Of a stretch of DNA of 64,000 nt, positions 56,376 through 64,000 are shown piece by piece (within the stretch, counting starts at the first letter, position 1; every line of letters starts with the position of its first letter). Under the pieces are notes generated by a model, which saw only the letters and a list, made by a program, of their open reading frames with translations, had not been told where the DNA came from and made no database searches. Both the position numbers and the translations under genes were made by a program. This stretch comes from an uncultured SAR86 cluster bacterium (GTDB lineage Bacteria; Pseudomonadota; Gammaproteobacteria; Magnimaribacterales; D2472). Location of the stretch: positions 2,762-66,761 of the forward strand of contig CACBPT010000003.1 in assembly GCA_902541245.1 (NCBI GenBank). The letters are read 5' to 3'.

Positions 56376-56937
56376 ATAAGCTCAAGTAGGTTCTATAGGG
56401 TTTAAAAGGTTCATAGAACTTCTCATCCAACTCATGCTCAGGAAAAAATTTTTTATGTGCATACTTAATACCTAGATCATTTATCGGCATAACATCAGCA
56501 TCTCCCAAATAAAACATTCTAGCTATATTGACTGACCATGGTCCAATTCCTTTATTTTCGATTAACATTTTTTCGACTTCAATGCTGGATTTTTTTAGTA
56601 AATCTGCTCTTTGCAAAGATGATAAATAAGAATTACCGATCAAACCAATTACATAATTTGCTTTTGATTTTGATAGACCTACCTCACGCAGTTTGATTTC
56701 TAAATTTTCGTAATCATTATGATTCTTGACAATTGGGTGCACTCTTGACCAAATAGTCTTGGCTGCCTTTGTTGAAAGTTGTTGACTAACAACTACTGAG
56801 GCAAGGTATTCCACTAAAGGCAGTGATGATAATTTAATCTCAATTAACTTTGATTCTTGAAGATATTTCTCAAGCTTGTTAAATTTTTTTTCTTTTGAAA
56901 CTTTAATTAGTGATCTATAAGCTTTTTCACTTTCCAT
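56353..56937 (-). CDS. HhH-GPD DNA glycosylase (DNA-3-methyladenine glycosylase II / AlkA-like)
   Basis: 194 aa with VVSQQLSTKAAKTIW and KGIGPWSVNIARMFYLGDADVMPINDLGI (helix-hairpin-helix plus catalytic Asp). Confidence 0.7.
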   Translation of the reverse strand: MESEKAYRSLIKVSKEKKFNKLEKYLQESKLIEIKLSSLPLVEYLASVVVSQQLSTKAAKTIWSRVHPIVKNHNDYENLEIKLREVGLSKSKANYVIGLIGNSYLSSLQRADLLKKSSIEVEKMLIENKGIGPWSVNIARMFYLGDADVMPINDLGIKYAHKKFFPEHELDEKFYEPFKPYRTYLSLFMWKSLS

Positions 56938-57649
56938 AATTTTGGAGTTCTTTTATTTGAGCTTCAGTTAAATTGATGCAAGAACCTTCTTTTAATGTTG
57001 AGGGCAAAAAAATTGGACCAATCCTTACCCTTTTTAGTCTGCTAACTTCTAAATCTTGAGATTCAAAAAGTTTTCTGACTTCACGATTTTTACCTGTGAG
57101 CATACATACTGAAAACCATTGATTAGAGCTTTGTTTTTCACTGGGCACAATATCTGAAAACTGATAAATTTCATCTTCTATTTCTACACCTGACAACATA
57201 TTTTTTTTCTTTTGCTCATTAAAATTGCCTCTCGCTCTAACAAGATACTCTCGGTCAATTTCAAATGAAGGATGCATCAACTGATGAGCCAATGTCCCAT
57301 CATTGGTAAATAACATTAGTCCAGAAGTATTTATATCCAGCCTTCCAACTGCTATCCAATCGGGTTCATTGAAGACCTTTGGTAGAAAATCAAATACGAG
57401 CTTAATCTTCTTATCATCTTTTGTTGATGAGAGAACACCTCTCGGTTTATTGAGCATTATAACTTTTAAATCTGCAGCTTTTGGAAGCACTCTGTTGCCA
57501 TCAAAAATAACTTCGTCATTTTCAGATACTTTTGTTCCTAAGGCTGCAACTTTTCCATTCACGGAAACTCTTTTGTCTTTTATAAACTTTTCACATGAGC
57601 GCCGTGAACCCAAACCAGCTTGAGCTAAGAATTTCTGCAATCGCAGCAT
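56927..57649 (-). CDS. rluB: 23S rRNA pseudouridine synthase B-type (RsuA/RluB family)
   Basis: 240 aa with an S4 domain (LQKFLAQAGLGSRRSCEKFI) and GRLDINTSGLMLFTNDG. It follows scpB, as in many gammaproteobacteria. Confidence 0.8.
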   Translation of the reverse strand: MLRLQKFLAQAGLGSRRSCEKFIKDKRVSVNGKVAALGTKVSENDEVIFDGNRVLPKAADLKVIMLNKPRGVLSSTKDDKKIKLVFDFLPKVFNEPDWIAVGRLDINTSGLMLFTNDGTLAHQLMHPSFEIDREYLVRARGNFNEQKKKNMLSGVEIEDEIYQFSDIVPSEKQSSNQWFSVCMLTGKNREVRKLFESQDLEVSRLKRVRIGPIFLPSTLKEGSCINLTEAQIKELQNYGK

Positions 57650-57653
57650 AATG

Positions 57654-58217
57654 CTAACCAGCTTCTAATTTATCCAGGCTATCTTCTGCAGGTATAGCCT
57701 CGGGTAATTGAGGCAAATTATTTATTGATTTGAGATTTAAGTCATTTAAAAAAGTTTTGGTGGTTTCATATAAAGCTGGCCTTCCAGGAACATCACGATA
57801 GCCATTAACTTTTATCCATTCTCTATCAAGCAAAGATCTGATAATTTGAGTACTAACAGTAACGCCTCTTATATCTTCAATATCACCCCTAGTAACAGGT
57901 TGTTTATAAGCAATGATTGAGATGGTTTCCATTAAAGCTTTAGAAAGTCGGCTCGAAGTATCGTTCCACAAAGGATACAAGCAGTCTCCATAGCTTTCTT
58001 TTATCTGCATTCTAAAGCCTGATGCTACCTCTTTAATTTCAATGGAACTGTCAGCATATCTTTCCTCTAGAGAATTTAAAGCGATCTTAATACTTGGCAA
58101 ATCTACATCTATATTTTGAGATCCCATTAGAGATTTAATCTCAGATAAACGCACTGGCCTGCCAGCACCAAAGAGAATAGATTCAACGAGGTTAGGAAGA
58201 TTCTCAAAATTATTCAT
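57654..58217 (-). CDS. scpB: Segregation and condensation protein B
   Basis: 187 aa with VESILFGAGRPV, AYKQPVTRGDIEDIRGV and GRPALYETT. Confidence 0.9.
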   Translation of the reverse strand: MNNFENLPNLVESILFGAGRPVRLSEIKSLMGSQNIDVDLPSIKIALNSLEERYADSSIEIKEVASGFRMQIKESYGDCLYPLWNDTSSRLSKALMETISIIAYKQPVTRGDIEDIRGVTVSTQIIRSLLDREWIKVNGYRDVPGRPALYETTKTFLNDLNLKSINNLPQLPEAIPAEDSLDKLEAG

Positions 58218-59012
58218 CTAATGAACTCCGCGATTTGTTAATTTAAGATATAGTTGATTTGAATCTTTATTCTGAATGAGTTCAACATATCCATCTTTAG
58301 CTAAATCCAATGAAGCCAATAGTGCAACAACAACGCCTTGTTTACCCTCATTTTTTTGATAAGTTTGAAAAAACTGAATTACATTTCTTTTGTTGAGAAT
58401 CGAAAGGATTAATGTGATCCTTTCCTGTGTAGATAGTTCTTCAAAGTGAATTTCATGATGAGCAGAGAATTTAGGCCGTGTTGAAACTTCATGAAAAATC
58501 GATGCAATCTCATTAGAGGATACATCGATGGGCACAACACGATCTTTAAACTTTGGCAAAGAAGTTGATGCAAGAAAAAAATCCCTGTCTAATCTCGGCA
58601 AATTTGAGATGGATTCTGATGCACTTTTATACCTTTGATATTCCTGAAGCCTCTTAATAAGCTCTGAGCGAGGATCATGCTCTTCCTCTTCTTCCTCAGA
58701 CTGAGGAATTAACATTCTAGATTTAATATGAGCAAGGGTGGCAGCCATTACCAAATAATCAGCTGCAAGCTCTATCTTTAAGGCATCCATTAACTCTATA
58801 TATTGGACATATTGATCGGTAATTTCTGATACATCTAAATCTAATATATCAATATCTTTCTTTTGGATGAGATAAAGCAACACATCCATTGGGCCAGAAA
58901 AATCTTCTAGGTAGATTTCTAAAGCTTCAGGCGGAATAAATAAATCGTCAGGAAGTTGCTTTAAAGCCTCACCTTTAAATTGGGGAAATGCTAACTGGGC
59001 TTGAGACTTCAT
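58218..59012 (-). CDS. scpA: Segregation and condensation protein A
   Basis: 264 aa with FSGPMDVLLYLIQKKDIDILD and AADYLVMAATL. There is no gap to scpB. Confidence 0.9.
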   Translation of the reverse strand: MKSQAQLAFPQFKGEALKQLPDDLFIPPEALEIYLEDFSGPMDVLLYLIQKKDIDILDLDVSEITDQYVQYIELMDALKIELAADYLVMAATLAHIKSRMLIPQSEEEEEEHDPRSELIKRLQEYQRYKSASESISNLPRLDRDFFLASTSLPKFKDRVVPIDVSSNEIASIFHEVSTRPKFSAHHEIHFEELSTQERITLILSILNKRNVIQFFQTYQKNEGKQGVVVALLASLDLAKDGYVELIQNKDSNQLYLKLTNRGVH

Positions 59013-59177
59013 AAGTTCAATTTATACAACATATGTAATTATAAGCCTTTTTTAACACAACATCTTGTGATTTTGCATAAAAATGTTGATTTACTAGGTT
59101 TTAACTAGAGATTAAAAAGAATTAATAAGATTGGTTAAAGCCTATTTTTTTAATTTAATTGCATTAATATTTGATGC

Positions 59178-60230
59178 ATGGAATCTATTTATCACACAGA
59201 CAACACTAGAATTGTTGAAAAGTTCGATCTTATTACGCCCAATAATGTAATTTCAGAGTATCCTCTAACTGATGAAATTTCAAAATTAGTCTATGGAACT
59301 CGAAATGAAGCTAGTCAAATTCTTCATGGTAAAGATGATAGAGTGCTAGTTGTTTGTGGACCATGCTCGATACATGATCCAGTATCCGCAATGGAATATG
59401 CGCAGCTTCTGAAAGAAGCTAGAGATTCCTTAAGCTCTGATTTGCTAATAATAATGAGAGTATATTTCGAGAAACCTAGAACAACAGTGGGATGGAAAGG
59501 TTTAATAAATGATCCAGATATTAATGAGAGTTATGATGCAAATAAAGGCTTAATGCTTGCAAGAAAAATTCTAAGAGATATCACAGAAATGGGTCTTCCA
59601 ATCGGAACAGAATTCTTAGATCCTATTTCTCCTCAATATGTAGCAGATCTTGTGTCTTGGGGTGCCATAGGTGCTAGGACAGCTGAAAGTCAATCTCATA
59701 GGGAATTAGCTTCTGGACTTTCATGTCCAATTGGGATTAAAAATGGCACAACTGGAGCCTTAAAACCTGCAATTGATGGAATCCAAGCAGCGAATCATCC
59801 TCATGTATTTTTTTCAAATACAAAAGATGGTCGCGTATCAATTTATAAAACATCTGGAAATTCAGACGCACACATTATATTGCGTGGTGGAAAAGAACCA
59901 AATTTTAATCCAGAAGCAATTCAACAAACATTAACAGCATTGACTGAAGCAGATGTAAATGAATCTATAATGGTTGATGCCAGCCATGGAAATAGTCAAA
60001 AACAATTTAAAAAACAAATTGATGTAGTTGAAAACTTAGCTGAACAAATTTCTGGTGGTAATAATAGTCTTAGGGGTTTAATGCTAGAAAGTCATCTTGT
60101 TGAAGGTAATCAAAACATTACAGATAACCTTGTATATGGCCAAAGTATTACCGATGCATGCATGAATTGGGATGATACACTAAACTGCCTTCAACTTATC
60201 AGCGAAGCTGTTCAAAAGAGGCGAGGATAA
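59178..60230 (+). CDS. Class I (AroF/G/H-type) 3-deoxy-7-phosphoheptulonate (DAHP) synthase
   Basis: 350 aa with VVCGPCSIHD, KPRTTVGWKGL and IGARTAESQ.HRE. I cannot tell the feedback specificity by eye. Confidence 0.9.
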   Translation: MESIYHTDNTRIVEKFDLITPNNVISEYPLTDEISKLVYGTRNEASQILHGKDDRVLVVCGPCSIHDPVSAMEYAQLLKEARDSLSSDLLIIMRVYFEKPRTTVGWKGLINDPDINESYDANKGLMLARKILRDITEMGLPIGTEFLDPISPQYVADLVSWGAIGARTAESQSHRELASGLSCPIGIKNGTTGALKPAIDGIQAANHPHVFFSNTKDGRVSIYKTSGNSDAHIILRGGKEPNFNPEAIQQTLTALTEADVNESIMVDASHGNSQKQFKKQIDVVENLAEQISGGNNSLRGLMLESHLVEGNQNITDNLVYGQSITDACMNWDDTLNCLQLISEAVQKRRG

Positions 60231-61049
60231 TTGGATAAAGACTTATTCACTTTCTCAATTCAAGAAGCAGAAACATTGGGAATAGAATGTGCCATCGTTC
60301 TTGCTGCCACAAAAGATCTAAAAATCGCCTCATCTACAAACGATGAAATACTAGTCTTGCTAAAAGAAAAAATTCCATTTCTACAGAAGCAAGAAATACT
60401 TGATCATCTTGAAAGATTGATTAATTTGAAATTAATATCTACAGAAATTAAATCCAATAAAGCTAAGCCATCAAGTAAAAGAAATTTATATAAATTAAAG
60501 CTTCCGAGTGACAATCAGAATGCTGGTAAAACAAAGCTTAATGTCAAATGGGTCCCATCAATACAAGCTTTTGAGGTACTTGGAATGGGCGGCATAAATA
60601 AAGAATTCATAGAAAGTAAGATCAGTGAATTTAAATTATATTGGCTAGAAAAAAATCAGATGAGAGATAACTGGAATGTTTTATTTGTTGAGTTTATTAG
60701 AAGAGAGTGGGTTAAAGAAAACTCTGAAAATAAAGGCTTGCCCATTTGCATTGATGAGAGCTGGTCGCCCTCTTCTGATGCATTTGATATTCTAGGATTA
60801 GCAAATGTTTCAAGAAATGATGCATTAAAACACTTGAAGGAGTTTATACTTTACTGGAAAGAAAATGGAACTGCTTTAAAATCATGGAACTCAAAATTTG
60901 TAGATTTTGTTAAAAGAAAAGAATTTATTGGTTCCTACGAAGATAGAGATGGTAAAAAAAATTACAGACATAATGAACCAGGAGAGTTTTCTCAAAAGTT
61001 CAAAGAACGAACAAAAGATGACTCATGGGCAGAAAATCTCGAACTTTGA
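60231..61049 (+). CDS. Protein with two tandem DnaT-like (primosomal protein DnaT C-terminal type) domains
   Basis: 272 aa. The TTG start directly abuts the TAA of the DAHP synthase gene, and there is no in-frame ATG for about 120 codons. Two internal repeats share a pattern: KWVPSIQAFEVLGMGGINKEFIESKISEFKLYWLEKNQMRDNWNVLFVEFIRREW and SWSPSSDAFDILGLANVSRNDALKHLKEFILYWKENGTALKSWNSKFVDFVKRKE. Both fit the W.P......L...G......L..F..YW...G....W...F pattern of the E. coli DnaT C-terminal region as I remember it. Confidence 0.55.
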   Translation: MDKDLFTFSIQEAETLGIECAIVLAATKDLKIASSTNDEILVLLKEKIPFLQKQEILDHLERLINLKLISTEIKSNKAKPSSKRNLYKLKLPSDNQNAGKTKLNVKWVPSIQAFEVLGMGGINKEFIESKISEFKLYWLEKNQMRDNWNVLFVEFIRREWVKENSENKGLPICIDESWSPSSDAFDILGLANVSRNDALKHLKEFILYWKENGTALKSWNSKFVDFVKRKEFIGSYEDRDGKKNYRHNEPGEFSQKFKERTKDDSWAENLEL

Positions 61050-61596
61050 TCGAAAAAGCTTTATTGCTGCTATAGATAATCTTTTTTTAAAGCTTGAGCT
61101 ATCCTACCATTACCAATTTTACAAGGTATTTGGAACAGATGATAAGCTTACTGAAGCAAAAAAACTGTGGGCGGAAAGTTTAAAAAAATATCCCTCAGAT
61201 TGTATAGGCTCTGCAGTTGAAATGGTTATTCAATCTAATGATTACCTTCCAACACTTACAGAATTCCTCAAAGCGTGTTCGGAATCAATGGGTTCAATTA
61301 ATATTCCAACCCCTCAAGAAGCTTTTGTTGAAGCTCAAAAATCCTCTTCTCCCAGAGATAGCTATCCTTGGACGCATCCAATAATTTACTGGGCAGGCAA
61401 GGAAACTGGCTGGGAGTTTATAAACTCTTCAAAAGATACAAATGCTTTTCAAGCATTTACTAAAACATATATGCGCCTTGCAAAGGAAATAAAAGCAGGA
61501 AAAAACTTTGAGATAGTCTCAAAGAGTAACAACGAAATTATTGAGCCCTTAGATATTGAGCTTTTTGAGAGTTTACGAAAAAAACATGGTCTATAA
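61018..61596 (+). CDS. Lambda replication protein P-like protein (putative DnaB-helicase loader family)
   Basis: The track ORF starts at 60907, inside the upstream gene. I prefer the ATG at 61018 (MTHGQK), which leaves a 32-nt overlap. The motifs YLPTLTEFLKAC, IPTPQEAF and DSYPWTHPIIYW parallel FLPSPGQFVAWC, LPNVSEL and ESYPWKSNAHYW of phage lambda P, recalled from memory. An HMM search is needed to confirm this. Confidence 0.5.
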   Translation: MTHGQKISNFDRKSFIAAIDNLFLKLELSYHYQFYKVFGTDDKLTEAKKLWAESLKKYPSDCIGSAVEMVIQSNDYLPTLTEFLKACSESMGSINIPTPQEAFVEAQKSSSPRDSYPWTHPIIYWAGKETGWEFINSSKDTNAFQAFTKTYMRLAKEIKAGKNFEIVSKSNNEIIEPLDIELFESLRKKHGL

Positions 61597-61599
61597 TTA

Positions 61600-61635
61600 T
61601 GTAAAGTGTACTTTACAAAAGGCTTGAACTATAAT
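61600..61635 (+). promoter_or_regulatory. Perfect 18-bp palindrome TGTAAAGTGTACTTTACA (TyrR-box consensus TGTAAA-N6-TTTACA) next to a perfect TATAAT -10 hexamer, upstream of the RND operon
   Basis: The palindrome is at 61600-61617 and starts 4 nt after the stop at 61594-61596. TATAAT is at 61630-61635, so the palindrome covers the expected -35 position. The MFP gene's ATG is at 61698. Confidence 0.4.
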
Positions 61636-61697
61636 CATTTTCCCCTATCTAATGATAAACAGTGAAAAACATTAAAAAATATTATTCTAAATAAGAA

Positions 61698-62579
61698 ATG
61701 TCTAAAAATGTAAGAATATCACTCTACATTCTTATCCCTATAATTGGGTGGGTAATTTCTGGTCAATTCATTGATGAGGAAGTGATTGAAAAAAAATCTT
61801 CTCAAGAATTAACTTCAGTAATAATAGAAAAAAGTGATGCGCAATTCTTTTCTCCCAAGGTAACCCTAAATGCCGCAGCAACATCTGAAAAAAGAGTCAG
61901 AGTTATTGCTAAAACCTCAGGTGAAGTAATGCCCAATAGTGTGAAACAAGGTCAATGGGTTAATAAAGATCAGGTTTTATGCAGGTTAGGTGTGGTTGAA
62001 TTAAATAGAACAGAAGTAAAAGCTCCTTTTAGAGGATACGTAGAAAAAATAATTAAGCCAGGAAACTTCGTCAATAGGGGTGAAGTTTGCGCTGTAATTA
62101 TTGAATTAGACCCTGTTACTTTCGTTGCTGAAGTACCAGAAGCAGAAATCAAAAATATCGTAAAGGGTCAGAATGTGTCCATAATGCTTGTGACTGGTGA
62201 AGTGATTTCTAGTAAATTAAGTTTTGTTTCAAAAAGTGCTACTACTTCAACTAGGAGTTTTAGAGTAGAAGCAGAGGTTAGAAATCCAAAAGGATTAATT
62301 AGGGATGGAATAACTGGAACTCTTGAAATTAGTACAAATAAGATACTTGCTAATAAAATTTCTCCTTCAATACTTCTTCTATCCGACTCTGGAACTCTAG
62401 GCATTAGAATTGTAAATAATGATGGGATAGTTGAATTCTTTCCAGTAAAAATATTAGAAGATACCCAAGATGGCCTTTGGGTTGAAGGAATTCCCAATGA
62501 TTCCAACCTGATAGTTCGTGGGCAAGGTTTTGTAGAGAATGGCCAAAAAGTGATTGCAATTCCAATAACTGAATCATGA
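61698..62579 (+). CDS. RND efflux periplasmic adaptor (membrane fusion protein)
   Basis: 293 aa with an N-terminal TM anchor plus lipoyl/beta-barrel type motifs (VKAPFRGYVEKI, FRVEAEVRNP). Its ATGA overlap with the RND permease gene indicates coupling. Confidence 0.8.
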   Translation: MSKNVRISLYILIPIIGWVISGQFIDEEVIEKKSSQELTSVIIEKSDAQFFSPKVTLNAAATSEKRVRVIAKTSGEVMPNSVKQGQWVNKDQVLCRLGVVELNRTEVKAPFRGYVEKIIKPGNFVNRGEVCAVIIELDPVTFVAEVPEAEIKNIVKGQNVSIMLVTGEVISSKLSFVSKSATTSTRSFRVEAEVRNPKGLIRDGITGTLEISTNKILANKISPSILLLSDSGTLGIRIVNNDGIVEFFPVKILEDTQDGLWVEGIPNDSNLIVRGQGFVENGQKVIAIPITES

Positions 62580-64000
62580 TCAAAATAGTAGATTTTGCCT
62601 TGTCTAAAGCAAGAACTACTCTTGCCTTGGCATTGGTTGTCATTATTGCAGGCGCATATGCTAGGACAACTTTAACAGTTGCCTCTGAACCTAATATTTC
62701 ACTCCCCCTTGTTAGTGTTTCCGTTTTTCTAGACGGCGCCTCTCCTGAGGACGCGTCAAGATTAATTGCAAGACCTCTAGAGACAAGATTAAGAAGTGTT
62801 CCAGGCATAAAAGAGCTTTCATCATCTTCAAGATTAAGCTATGCCAGGATAGTGGGCGAGTTTGAAGTTGGCTATGACATCGATACTGCATTAAGAGATA
62901 TCAAGCAAGCTGTTGAAGAAGTAAAGTTTGAACTTCCCATAGAGGCTGAGGATCCTCAGATTAGGGAGTACTCATTTGCAATGTTCCCTGTCATGAATCT
63001 CAGTCTTGTTGGAGCTGCTTCAATGAGAACAAAAGTATTTTATGCGAGAGAATTACAAGACAAATTAGAGTCAATAAGTGAGGTGCTCGCAGCTGATTTA
63101 GAGGGAGCTCCTGAGGAAGTACTTGAGGGAGTTATTGATAAATCAAAAATGGAAACTTACGGGATAACCTTAAGTCAATTATACAGCGCAATTGCAAACA
63201 ATAATTTAATAATTCCAGGCGGTGCGCAAGATACTGGTTCTGGAAAGTTTAATATTGAAGTACCTAGTATTTTTGAGACTGCCGAGGATGTATACAATAT
63301 TCCAATTAAAGTTACTCCTGATGCAGTGGTAACACTCAGTGATATTGGTCAAATTAAAAGAACCTTCAAAGACTTTTCTTCATATGCAAAGGTAAACGGA
63401 GAGGATGCAGTAACTCTCGAGATAAGAATGAGAGTTGGTGCAAACGCAATAGAAGCTAAAAAGAAAATTATTAAATTAAAAGAAGATTTTGAGCAAGATC
63501 TTCCTAAGAACCTTTCAATAATTAGAACAAATGATGATACTGTCTGGGCAGAAGTGATGATTTCTGAGCTTGAAGGCAATATCATCACTGCAATATTTCT
63601 GGTAATGATTTTAGTTATAGCTAGCATGGGAGTCAGAGTTGGCATGCTTGTGGGTCTTTCTATACCTTTTTGCTTTCTTTTAACATTTATTATCCTCAAA
63701 GCTCTATCAATAGAATTTAATTTTCTTGTAATGATGGGTCTCTTGCTTGGACTTGGAATGCTGATTGATGGCTCAATAGTGGTTACTGAATATGCAGACA
63801 GAAAAATATCTGAGGGCTTGAATCGTAAAGAAGCTTATAGATTGGCCTCAAAAAGGATGTTTTATCCAATTATATCCTCTACCGCTACGACGATTGCTGC
63901 ATTTACCCCTTTAATATTTTGGCCAGGTTTTACGGGTCAGTTTATGAGGTTTCTTCCGATTACAGTTTTTATAGTCCTTAGTTCCTCATTAGTATATGCC
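62576..64000 (+). CDS. RND efflux permease, AcrB/AcrD/AcrF family (N-terminal 475 codons; continues past the window end)
   Basis: Not in the ORF track because it is open-ended. My translation from the ATG at 62576 gives MIKIVDFALSKARTTLALALVVIIAGAYARTTLTVASEPNISLPLVSVSVFLDGASPEDASRLIARPLE...MMGLLLGLGMLIDGSIVVTEYADRK... with no stop up to 64000. Confidence 0.9.
   Translation, partial: MIKIVDFALSKARTTLALALVVIIAGAYARTTLTVASEPNISLPLVSVSVFLDGASPEDASRLIARPLETRLRSVPGIKELSSSSRLSYARIVGEFEVGYDIDTALRDIKQAVEEVKFELPIEAEDPQIREYSFAMFPVMNLSLVGAASMRTKVFYARELQDKLESISEVLAADLEGAPEEVLEGVIDKSKMETYGITLSQLYSAIANNNLIIPGGAQDTGSGKFNIEVPSIFETAEDVYNIPIKVTPDAVVTLSDIGQIKRTFKDFSSYAKVNGEDAVTLEIRMRVGANAIEAKKKIIKLKEDFEQDLPKNLSIIRTNDDTVWAEVMISELEGNIITAIFLVMILVIASMGVRVGMLVGLSIPFCFLLTFIILKALSIEFNFLVMMGLLLGLGMLIDGSIVVTEYADRKISEGLNRKEAYRLASKRMFYPIISSTATTIAAFTPLIFWPGFTGQFMRFLPITVFIVLSSSLVYA

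Noticed and set aside
59088-59105. Weak TyrR-box-like sequence TAAAAA-N6-TTTACT upstream of the DAHP synthase gene.
   Set aside because: Only 9 of 12 consensus positions match, and the mismatches remove the G/C positions that give the box its specificity. This is not distinguishable from background in AT-rich DNA.
60421-60435. Palindrome TTAATTTGAAATTAA inside the DnaT-like gene, considered as a lambda-O-type internal origin or iteron.
   Set aside because: It is a single copy, is composed almost wholly of A/T in an AT-rich genome, and I found no array of direct repeats in the gene.
60231-61596. Reading the DnaT-like/P-like pair as part of a prophage or plasmid remnant.
   Set aside because: No integrase, repressor, structural, lysis or att-like repeat features appear within at least 5 kb on either side, and the flanking genes are core housekeeping genes. 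I cannot exclude an old, fully decayed element, so the pair is reported as a finding and not as a mobile element.
61970-62808. Minus-strand ORFs 61970-62152, 62168-62506, 62404-62808 and 63349-63699.
   Set aside because: They are antisense to the RND adaptor and RND permease genes, whose plus-strand frames have clear family motifs.
1-64000. CRISPR arrays, IS elements or transposases, integrases, toxin-antitoxin pairs, restriction-modification or other recognisable defence genes, rRNA genes, and long direct repeats.
   Set aside because: I scanned the ORF translations and intergenic regions by eye and found none. The intergenic gaps are all under about 170 nt, and no repeated spacer-like periodicity was seen. 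A computational repeat search could still find short repeats that I missed.

Overview
The window is an AT-rich, tightly packed bacterial chromosome segment. Its conserved gene orders are gammaproteobacterial: gyrA-serC-pheA-hisC-tyrA-aroA-cmk-rpsA, infC-rpmI-rplT-pheS-pheT-ihfA, uvrC-pgsA followed closely by tRNA-Cys, ubiG-HAD phosphatase-yciK-like SDR, and scpA-scpB-rluB. This looks like a streamlined marine gammaproteobacterium, possibly SAR86-like, but that is a guess I cannot verify without a database. The window has two parts. (1) Positions 1 to about 29.7 kb hold a large surface-polysaccharide (O-antigen or capsule type) island that ends at tRNA-Cys. It encodes a YjbH-like and a Wza/KpsD-like exporter, the dTDP-rhamnose genes (rmlBDA, with rmlC separate), several glycosyltransferases, and two AsnB-family amidotransferases. 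It also encodes two nucleotide-sugar 6-dehydrogenases plus an epimerase, an EpsG/Wzy-like polymerase, a Wzz-like protein, two methyltransferases, a fused ABC exporter and an MBOAT plus DltD-like pair. An unusual module combines a deacetylase-GT2 fusion, an orphan protein, a small carrier protein and a KAS III-like enzyme. (2) Positions 29.8 to 64 kb are housekeeping core genes. Two items there stand out: a chromosomal DnaT-like plus lambda-P-like gene pair directly after a DAHP synthase gene, and a perfect TGTAAA-N6-TTTACA palindrome over the putative promoter of an RND efflux operon. My best candidates for an undescribed system are the carrier-protein-linked glycan acylation genes (8367-12533, possibly working with 20641-22813) and the DnaT-like/P-like pair (60231-61596). 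I saw no CRISPR array, IS element, integrase or rRNA. All functional calls rest on motif recognition by eye and on synteny, with no database search.
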